DNA from: Monocercomonoides exilis PA203
Lineage: Eukaryota > Protista > Preaxostyla
Length of the DNA: 64,000 bases
Direction of reading: 5' to 3'
NCBI GenBank assembly: GCA_001643675.2
Contig: LSRY02000020.1
Coordinates: 1-64,000, forward strand
The position numbers were made by a program, and so were the translations under genes. Within the stretch, counting starts at the first letter, position 1; each line of letters starts with the position of its first letter. Shown here piece after piece: positions 48,521 through 58,900 of this stretch. The notes beneath the pieces were generated by a model, which was not told where the DNA came from, made no database searches, and saw nothing but the letters and a program-made list of their open reading frames with translations.

Positions 48521-49639
48521 ATGAAGTCTGTTGAAGACGGAAAAAAAGATATTGCCCCGGCGAAATTTCGCACGGACACGAAAGTTGATCTTTCACCTGT
48601 TTATGTTTCTTCAAGAAAGCACAATTCTTCAAAGCAAAATTATTTTGGATCGTATGTTAGAGAAAATAGTGAACAGAAGATCAACGGAAATGAATCTCCA
48701 CCATCTACTGTTCGATTTCTTTGCTTTAAGACAAATGTTGAACAAGAACAAACGAATACTGGTGTTCAGTTGAAATTATACACTAAAAAGCAAACAAACG
48801 ACAAAGTTCATTCGTTACCACAAGCAAAATTGTTAAAACTTTCTTGTATCATTTCAACAGAATTGCTGAAACTTCCTTCATTCGTCGAAGTATTTTCAAA
48901 TGCGACTAATTCTACAAAGTTATCCAAAAATAAAGAAGCTATTTCTAATAGCGATTGCTGTGACTTATCGACCAAGTGCGGGAGAATTTGGAGCTCTTTG
49001 CAGTCTGTTTTACCAGATATTGATGCATATTCGAAGATGTATTGCTTGCTGTTAATAACGAACTATTTGCACAATCTGCAAGTTAAGTTTGACATTTGCG
49101 AAAATGTGCTGATTCAGGGAATTATCATTTATCATCATTTGTGCGAAAATATTGCTAAATTTGGCTGTCGTCCTTTTGAGAAGAGACAACCGCTATTCGT
49201 ATGGAGGACACTGCCATCTGGAAGCGATATGATGGTTTCTGTTGAAGCAAAGGATGATTCGACGCTTATTCTGCTTGATCACAGACTCCTTATTGGGACG
49301 TGCATTCTCATTGGGCACAAAACACTGGAAGACCACACTTTAGCCAGCTCATGGTTAGGAAAATATTTTGGGATAAGTCCAACAGATATAACAGAGTTGG
49401 AATTTTGGGTGTTGGAAGCATTAAGGTGGGAGACAATGCCGGCAGAAGAAGAATGGGAAGGAATGAGAATGATGCTCGAATCTTATCAAATTCATTTCCC
49501 TGAAAAATTTTTGGAGAAGCATTCAATTGGTGAAGGATTTAAAACAACAGAAAGTTCAATCGATAATAACGACGTTTGCTTGCTGTATGATTTGATCGAA
49601 TGGATTTCTTTAAATGGACACTATTCAACTTACACTTGA
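48521..49639 (+). CDS. Cyclin-domain protein, Pho80/PCL/cyclin-P-like
   Basis: HRLLIGTCILIGHKTLEDHTLASSWLGKYFGISPTDITELEFWVLEALRW matches the cyclin-box pattern L...A.K...D....N..WA...G.....N.LE..FL..L.W. First ATG at 48521. Confidence 0.75.
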   Translation: MKSVEDGKKDIAPAKFRTDTKVDLSPVYVSSRKHNSSKQNYFGSYVRENSEQKINGNESPPSTVRFLCFKTNVEQEQTNTGVQLKLYTKKQTNDKVHSLPQAKLLKLSCIISTELLKLPSFVEVFSNATNSTKLSKNKEAISNSDCCDLSTKCGRIWSSLQSVLPDIDAYSKMYCLLLITNYLHNLQVKFDICENVLIQGIIIYHHLCENIAKFGCRPFEKRQPLFVWRTLPSGSDMMVSVEAKDDSTLILLDHRLLIGTCILIGHKTLEDHTLASSWLGKYFGISPTDITELEFWVLEALRWETMPAEEEWEGMRMMLESYQIHFPEKFLEKHSIGEGFKTTESSIDNNDVCLLYDLIEWISLNGHYSTYT

Positions 49640-50505
49640 ACTTCGCATATTTAAAGAAAATTATTTAAAAGTTGGAAAATTCTGTAGATGGAAATCGGGG
49701 GAAAATCATGTATTACTATTCATTTTCTTTAAGTTTTATATAAATCAGAAATAGTTTGATTTCATTTATGAAATTTTGAATTAGAAAATTTTTGTTTGTA
49801 TGTGTTTATTGATAAATGTGATGTAGCATTTTTTAATAATATCTTATATGTTTTTGTTAAATTTATTATTGTTTACACTTTTAGAATGATTTTTATATGT
49901 TTTATTAAAATAAATTGTTTCATTAAGTTTAATGTTATTATTATACGTTATTAAAACTGTTATTCTTGCATTGAACGTCCAGTTTGACGTCTGTTAATTA
50001 ATTTTTAGTTACTTCAATTATTATTCAGCTTTTTTTTATTTGATATATATTTTAACTATAAAAAGAAATAGTTATGTTTCTATTGTTTTTTTTGTGTTGC
50101 ACATAAAATTTGCAAATTTTTTTATTTGAATTTTCTATTTTTTTCATTTTTTTTCAACATTTTGAATATTTTTTAGATGAGCAACATCTACCTTCTTTTA
50201 ATTTGTTTGTTTTAACATTTATGATTGAGCTGTCTCGCGTTGGCTGAGATATGCTTTGCATTCTATTATCAATCTTTATTTTTTATGGATGCCAAATGAT
50301 GTGAATGAGGAAGATTTTTCCTTTTGTCATTTAATCCTATTAAGAGATTGAATCATTCCAGATTCATCATTTTATTCACTTTTTTCTCACCTCAAAGACT
50401 TTAAAGACAGTCTTTTAAAGTGAACTTACGAGTGATAAAGAAACAATAAAAAATACGTTTATATTTGATTTTTAGAAAAGAATTTGTTGAAATGAAAATA
50501 AACAA

Positions 50506-53500
50506 CTATGGAAGAGACAGATCAGCTTCAAATCCAAACTGTCTTTTGTGTACAACTATTCTGACCATAACTTTGTCAAATATGGCAATTGTTCTCTGTT
50601 GAGGTGCCTCTGGTTTCTGTCTAATGACTATGCATTGCTTCTCATTGTCAAAAGAGACAACTTTTGGTGCATTTGGTGAAGTGGGAACAGAATGAGATGA
50701 AGATGCTGATTGCGCTTTGCCTTTCTCTCTTTTGAAGTTGCTGTCATCCATCAATACCACTCCCTCTGTCGCATATCTGTGTATATGTTGAGTATTATTG
50801 TTGAAATAACAGCAATATCAAGAAGAAGAAGATGATGACGATAAAAATAGAATAAAAAGAATAAAAAGAATAAACAATTGAATGATATACAAACAAACAG
50901 AACAAACCTTGGCAAATACACAACAATTCCATTGCGATAGACTTTGTTCACATAACTTTCCAAAACTTCACCTTCAAACTTTTCATCTTCTTCTTCAATC
51001 ACATCATCCCCTTCAGTCTCATCAATCTCACCAATGGCTGCCATCATTGGCTTGTCAGTTGTTTTTTCTTCCTGTTTCTTTTCCTTTTTCGACTTTTCCT
51101 GTTTTTGAGTGTCCGTTCCCTGCTCTGCTGCCTTCCTCTGCTGCAGCCAGATGAATCTGAGTGTGTTTGCGCGAATGCTTTCTCTGCCGGCGTCTTTGCC
51201 GTTTTTGTATCTTCTGTTGAGAGAGGCTGTCAGCTGTGTGACGCCTCGCTCGTCATACAAAAGATCCTCTTTCTCTTCATTCAGAGCAGATGAGAACAAC
51301 AAAGTAGAAGAAGATGATGAAGATGAGGAAGAAGATGAAGAGGTGGAGGAAGAGGAAAGAGAAGCAAGGGCACTTGGATCATTTTCTGAAGAAAGTGTTG
51401 CTGCCAACATTCGATGCACAACAAGATCTGTTGAATGAAAAACAATAACAACAAACAATTATGCATGCAAAAATTGAAATATGCCAAAGGAAGAAAGAAA
51501 TAAATAATTTTTGACTGAAAAGGAAAACAAACCAGCGTATCTTCGAATGGGCGAAGTAAAGTGAGTGTAGATGTCAGAAGCAAGGCCATAATGATAGAAC
51601 TCTGAGTATTCGCTCTCACCTGAACAGAAGTAGAGAGCAAGAGACATCGCACGTGTGGCAAAGAGACGCAGATGCAATGGGAAGAATGTTGATTTGACTG
51701 TCGTTGAGAACTAAATGATGGCAGAAAACACAACACAATTGAACAACATTCACATTCACATAAGCACATTGCAAGAAGAATGATTATTAATTTTTTAAAA
51801 TTACAAGAAAATAAATGAAAACAATACAATTAATAATATAAACCTGTGCTTTGTCAAGTGACTGGTTCAATTTTTTGTTTGAAGAAGCATCGAGAATAAC
51901 GCCCACCCCTCTGCACACGCGGCTGAGCCAGTCGAATGACATTGTGGGTGGTGGTGGATGCTTTCTAAGCAAAGCAAACGAAGGGAAGTAGGCATAAATC
52001 CTCTTGGCAACCCAGATGTTTGCCAGCAGCATGAACTCTTCGATGGTGGAGTGTGTCTCTGAGTGGTCGTCCTCTTCTGCTGAGAGTGGCTCATGTGTCT
52101 CTGCATCCACCTCCAGACGCAGCTGGGGCGAGTGCAGCACAACAGCACCCTTCAGCATCCGCCCTGCTTTCAGCCGGCGGGCGAAGTCGCGGCAGAGCAC
52201 AAGCGACGACAGCAGCAGCGCAGACGGCGTCTCCTTCAGCGGCCGCTCCAACACGTCAATCACTTTTGGCGGGCTGAATTTGGACGAGTCAAACAGCGGC
52301 GAGTTGAACGGAGGCGGTTCAATTGGCGAACGAAGAAGCGCTTTGTACTCTTTCTCCTTCTTCTGCGCCTCTGTCATTTCTGCACTTGCTTCTTCACTGG
52401 CTTTTGTGCTCTTCTTTATTTTGCCTTCGCTTTTGTGTGTCTTCTCTCTGATGGGCTGCATCACCTTGTCTGTTGCATCTATCAGCGTCTGAGCAGCCAC
52501 ATAAGTCAGCGAGGCGTGTGAGTCGATGACACTCTTGTTGAACTTCACGCCTTTAATCTCGCCATCGTACAATGCCACTTTCCACAGCACACTGAAGGAG
52601 CAGTGCAGCTCGTTGCTTCGAAGCGAACAGAGCTCTTCAGTCAGCTTTTTGGGGAGCATGTCAAACCTCCTCCCGACAAGATATGTTGTTGTCCCTCTGA
52701 TCGATGCCTCGACATCCAACGCACTCTTCTGCTGCACAAAGCGGGAGACATCTGCAATGTGCACGCCAAGCTCCAGATATTCCTCTTCATCGCCTATTTC
52801 TTCTTCTGCTGTGGCTTCTTCTTCACTTTCATCATCATCATCATCTTCTTCTTCTTCATCTTTATCTTCTTTATCATCTTTTTCATTGACTTTATCAGAG
52901 TCTTTCTCAATGTCCATTTTTGCCATCTTTCGCTGTTTTCTCTCTAATTTTTCTTGCTTTCTCTTCTCTTTCTCTTCTCTCTTTGCCTTTCTTGCTGCAA
53001 TAAGCTGTTCTTTCGTGTCAAATGGAAACAGAGTTGATTGTGATATCACATCACTCGTTTCCAAACTAACAAAATCCTTCTGCTTGTATGCTAAGAAAAT
53101 CATATGTCAATAAAATAATTGATCAAAAAGCAGTCAATTTGACAAACACAAAACACAAATTAAAAAGAAAAAAAAATATTCGAAAAAAATTTTGTGGCCT
53201 TTTCAATTTCTAATATTCCTTTTAAATTTAGTTCTATTCCATTCTTTTTCTTCAATACAACTATCACAAAAAAAAAAAAAAAAACAAAAATCTGAATCTT
53301 TCTTCCGCAACAACAAACCAGTTGAAAATCTTCCTCCTTTCCTGCTCTTTGAGATGATGACAGCGTGTATTGTGTCATCGATATCTCGACAGCCAGGTGG
53401 ATCGATGCTGCAAATAGGACGATCACGCAGATCCCATCTTCCTCCAAGCACTTCATCCTCTTCCTCCATCGGCAGCGCTGAAATGCCTTCTTCAGACTGA

Positions 53501-55495
53501 TCAGACGATGAAATGGCTGAAGAAGAAGCAGAAGAAGAAGATGTCTGCTCAAAGAATCTATCCATCAAGTCATCATCGTTCTCAGAGCTGTCGCTTTCTT
53601 CGCTGCTGGACTCATCTCCTCCTCTCCTCACAATCGCACTTGTCTTCTTTCTGCTGTCGCTTCCCTGCTGCACTCTCAGCTCCATCCTCTTCATCTTCCT
53701 CGCATTCTCCTGGCTGATCCTCTCCCTCATCGCATCCAGCCCGTCTCCATTCGGCACACACGCCAGCTGCTCAGCAGTGAACGGGTCGTGCGGGACATCG
53801 TACTCACTCAGCAGCACTTCCTGTTCCACTGCCATTTCTCCCACACACCCCATCCGCTTCTCCACATGCGCCGACGGCAGCATCGCGTGAGGGCTCCAGC
53901 TGTCAATGCACACACGCACACGCTGGCAGTGGTAGAGAGAGGGAAAGGATGTTGAGACCAGGATGTATGGAATGGTCTGGTTCACTGGGCGCAGAAGAAG
54001 TCGATATCTCGGCGGGAAAGAAGAAGGCAAAGGCGTGCTGGACGAAGCAGAGTCAGATGGACTGGATTTTGCCTTCTTTTCTGCTTCTAACACTTCCTTT
54101 GGGATTATCAGCGTCCCACAGAAATATTTCAGGTCTCTTTCCATAATTCCAACAATCACACCACGCGGATGCAACTGCCCTTTCACCTTCTTTCGTCCTT
54201 TCAATTCTCCTTCATCATTTTCTGCATTCGATCCTTTTTTGCTTTTTCTGCCATCTTCATTGCTATTTCGATCATTGTTTTCATCGTCCTCATCTTCTTC
54301 TTCCTCTTCATCCAACACGTGATCGTCGCGAAGAGCAATTCTCTGTGTCTGTCTAACCCATCCCTTGTCATCCTCCAAACGCACAGCCACAATATCTCCA
54401 TCAATTGCCCTGTTTAATGCCACTTAAAAAAAGAAATGTGGAGAAAGTCAGAAATAAAGAAAGAAAGAAATATAAAAGTTTGTAATGATGAAATAAATGG
54501 AGGGAAAAGGTCGGTTTGAGTTATATTTATTGTGGGAAAGCATTGAGACTAATGTAAAAAAGAGTGCAAACATTTTCCATGAACAATAATTGGTATTGGT
54601 ATTTGTCTTGAAACAACCAATCCTTCATAAATGTTAGTCTTGCTCATTCGCAGAACTCCTTGAACAAGCTTCTTTTGCTGTACTGCAACTCTCATTTCTT
54701 CAAGAGGCATATGTTCGGGATACTCGTGTGGATCATCAAGAGAAAAAGGAATTGAAGGAGCTAACTTTTCATCTAATTGAGGAAGGTACAACAAATCGAG
54801 GAGTTCTTTGTTTGCTTCCTTCACATTGCAAAGCGCATAATCAACGCACGATATCAACGGTGCGCTACATGGATAATTTAACTTTTCATATTGAGAAATA
54901 TCATTTGTTAAAATAAGAACTCGTTTTGGGCTATCATCTTCACTAAAATAATCCTGTATATGTGAAAGGTACCAGTTTGCAACATCGCACACAGCTATAA
55001 GTAGCATGAAATTGAGCAAAGAAATTTCACATTAATCATGTATTGACAATGCAAACCTTTTAATGTTAAGTTAACTTGATTCGTTGTGTCAGCAACTCTA
55101 ACAGAAGTAGCTGTGCTAAATTCGTTAAAAAATTGAAAAAAACATTTTTTCTGTGAATCCAAGCAAATTTTAAGTCGTCTGTACGCATAGACATTATGCC
55201 TTCTAACGTACTCCATTACAGTTTGAGGAATAACAATATTACAAATACTATCTGATTCAAGAAATGCCATTTGATTGATAACAACGGTATGATCAATGAT
55301 TGCGATCATGTTCGATTTCTCGTTCCGAGATGAGAGTAATGGAGCCCTCAAATAACTAAATTGAGAAAAATCTTTGCATGACGGACAATCAGCAATTCCA
55401 CAGGGTATATCTTCGTGCAAATATTTCTCTTTACAACATCGTACTATTCCACCACTCCTGGACCGTTTGTAAACGTAAGCTCGTTGTACAGACAT
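50506..55495 (-). CDS. DIS3: Exosome catalytic subunit DIS3/RRP44 family (CR3-PIN, CSD, RNB, S1); 7 exons
   Basis: Exons 55495-55057, 54994-54572, 54422-53319, 53090-51844, 51710-51533, 51427-50908, 50776-50506. Motifs [84 protein letters not shown]. Confidence 0.95.
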
Positions 55496-55916
55496 AAAAG
55501 AAAAATAATTGCGGATCTTATTTACCATATCGTTAACTTTTTTATTATAAAAAAGATTGAAGCCAGTTGCTTTTTCAAAAAAGACAAATAGTTTGAAAAG
55601 ACAATGAATTGTGTGTCGGAAAAAATGAATATTCATTTTTCTGTAAATAATAATAATAATTGATGCTGAAAAACAAATTAGAAAAAAAAGAAAAGAAAAA
55701 TGTGAAGAATATTCCAGTGATATATCAAACTTATTTGTGTGACAAATATATTTTGTCCGTAACTTTTTTGATTTTACAATATAAAGTGAATCCAAATTGT
55801 ACAATTTTCTGTTGGTTTCTTTTCTGATATATGATCTATTATATAATATATAAATTCAAACTTTCCGAAAAAAATATTTAATTAAATAGGAAGCAAAGGA
55901 GCTTATAAAAGCTTTT
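55496..55916. promoter_or_regulatory. Putative bidirectional promoter between DIS3 and the PTB/hnRNP-L-like gene
   Basis: 421-bp AT-rich interval between divergent ATGs at 55495(-) and 55917(+). Positional evidence only. Confidence 0.5.
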
Positions 55917-58900
55917 ATGGAGCTCAAACTCAAAGCCAAAAATGAAATTTCATACGAACCTGAACAACAGAAAAAATCTTCGATTTCTATGAAAAAAATT
56001 TCATCAGTCGTTGACAGCGTTCCATTGATGTTTGTTCTTATAATAATAATAAATGGATTTCTTATGTTTATTTTAATGAATTTGTTATACGAATGCATTT
56101 ATATTTTTTTTAGCGATTCCAATAATACTGATGCAAAAAAATCATCGACTGAAATTGATGTTATGATTGCAGGACAATCTGTAAAATTAGTGCAAGCTTC
56201 TCCAAGTGGATATGATTTGCACAGTGAAGTTTTTGTTGATCCAAATGCGATATTTTCTGTAAAGAATACGTTTGGAGAAAGCGATCAAATATCAAACAAG
56301 CAACAATCAAACTCTCAGCCAACCTTTCAGCTTCCATTTAATTCACTTGATGTTACATCACCAGAAAGAACCCCAGTCTTCGTATTGGGGCAACAACCCA
56401 CAACGCCTCTTTCATCCATGCAATTGGGTCCTTCTGTCGATACACCTTCTGTTCTTCAATCGCCAAATCTTCCATCTTTTTTATCTCCCCTTCTTCTAAC
56501 ATCTTTATCCCCCATTTCCTTATCACCCGCTTCAGCGCTATCGCCTGGGGTGCCTCAAAAGCCTGCAATTGTGACGCAAACACAAGCTTTATTGACGCAA
56601 TTGCCTCACTTTTTGAAGGCGCCGTCTTTATCTCTCCCTCATTCGCAACTTCTCATGTCCGCAGCTTCGAGCCCAAATCTGCAAGAGGCATCACAAGATA
56701 ACTCGTTGCTGTATCAGCTGAATATTGTTCAATTCAAAGATAAGCTTCAACAGATGCAGACATCAGAGGGACAGTCCCAGCCAAATGAACAGGCAACCAC
56801 GAAAACAGTTTCTTCAACAGCAGAGCAAAGTACGAGAGCAACAGATTCTGCTTCACTTGAGCCTCACAATCAGTCCGTTCTGGATGAATCAACAAGCTCT
56901 ACCAATTCTGATGCTACAGAAAGTGTGTCAGAACGACCGAATTCTCAGACAGCATCAGAGTTATCAAAAAGTGTGGCTGCAGCAAATTCTTCAGATGAAA
57001 AAGAGGAAAAGCCTCATATTTGTATGCAACAAGAAGCAAATCAGCTGCCAAATCAGATTGACAACGCACCAAAGAATGAACTTCAAACAACACACTACCC
57101 ACAAAACACAAGAAATGAACAATGCGATGGATTGCTTCCTGCACCAACAACTTTGCCGGCAAACAACCTCAATTTTTATTCCAACAGCGGAGCTTATCAG
57201 CAGAACTTTCAAGCATCATTTGTGCCAGCAAAGCCAAATTCATTTGGGAAAGAACAGAACAACATGCCCCGCTCTGCTTCATATGCCACCCCACTCCCAG
57301 CCGCCTCTTCTGTTTATCTGCGCCAATATCCTCCTTTACCCCACACCCAAATGCCTCCGTCGTTTGAGCCGTCGCTGCGTCCTCTTCAAAAGGCAGGCCA
57401 ATCTGACTGCATTCAGCCAGCACCTGTGGCTGGACCTGTGCAAGTGCCGAAGTCTGCAAACAGACCTGTTTTACTTCAGATGCCACAGAAGGGCAGCAGC
57501 TCCTTCGCAAACACGCCTTTCACATCACATCCAAATGGCTCGCCCAGTCCATCAAATGCCTCCCATCCACAAAGCACTGCCAATATTCCTCTTCTGCCAC
57601 ACAGTCGAGCTGCAAGCTCAAATACCCCGCTGCCATCTGGCCGGAAAGGCAACAGCGCTGCATTGCTGACACCTTCACAGAAGTTTTTCTCTTCTTCTTC
57701 TTCTTCTTACTCCTCCTCTTCCTCTTCCTCTTCTGTTGGTGTAGACAATTCTGTTTCTGCTTCGAATTCAGTTTCAGTTCCAGCTGCAAATCTGGTGAAT
57801 GTTCTGAACGAATCTGCTCGTCCTTCAAACGTCCCTCCCTTCTTATCTGCTGTGCATGGACAGACTTTGAAGAATTCATCGAATTCTCTTCCTCCCAATG
57901 CGGTAAATGACACTTCTTCTTCAAAATATCCCTCTTCTTCTCCACCTCCTCCGCCTCCTTTTCGGAACCATCTCTCTTCTGACCCATCTAATCCACCGTA
58001 TTTGTTCCCTCCACACACTAAACCAGGCATCCCCTCTCTTCCTCTTCCTCTTCCTCTTCCTCTTCCTCTTCCTCTTCCTCTTCCTCTTCCTCCCCCGCCT
58101 CCTCCCAAAACACGTGTTACTCTGATGACACCCGCAGAACTCAACCAGCTCGGCCGAATGCAACTTCAAAGTGGCTATCCAATTGCTGCCACAAAGCCAT
58201 CTTCTGAACTGCCTCTGCCTCCACCCCCGCCAACTGCTGCTACAAACACACAGAACATTCAGATGAATCCAACAGCTAACAAAGTGATACTGCCACTTAA
58301 TTACAAGCAAGCTGGTGTTCATCCGCCTTTCATTCAGAATACTTCAGCTGCGAACGCATTCCGTGACACCACTCCTGTTATGCACCCAGCTTCTTCCTCT
58401 TCTCGCACATCTTTTCCTTCTTCGTCTCCTTCGCCTTCTCCTTCGCCTGTCGTTCTGTCTGCTTTCTCTGCCCCTTCCTTCTCCTCTCAAAGATATCCTG
58501 TTCTGCATCCATCTCCTCAGCCATCTCCTTTCACAAAACATCTTCCAACAGCAAGCAACGACTCAAACACACTTCCCACTCAAAAACAAACTCCGCCTCA
58601 GAGAAAGTCCTTTCATTCTTCTTCTCGTCCAGCCAGCTTCGACAAGCGCTTTCGCTCAAACTTCTCTTCTGCTACTAACACAAACACATCCACTCAGAAC
58701 AAAGTTGCTGCTCCTCAAATTAAACTGCCTCTGTCTTCTTCGTCGTCCGATTCTGGTTTTGGAATCGCATCTTCAGCGGCTGCAGAAGCACAACCTTATC
58801 CAACTTCATTCAGTTCCAATCAAAATATTGTTCAACAACTCAACAATTATTCTTCTGCCTCCTCATTGCGAGGCACAGTTCCTTCTGCTTCTGCCGCTGC

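Noticed and set aside
53203-53318. Apparent DIS3 frameshift or truncation at the poly-A run
   Set aside because: Lies within the GT-AG intron 53318-53091; the exons join in frame.
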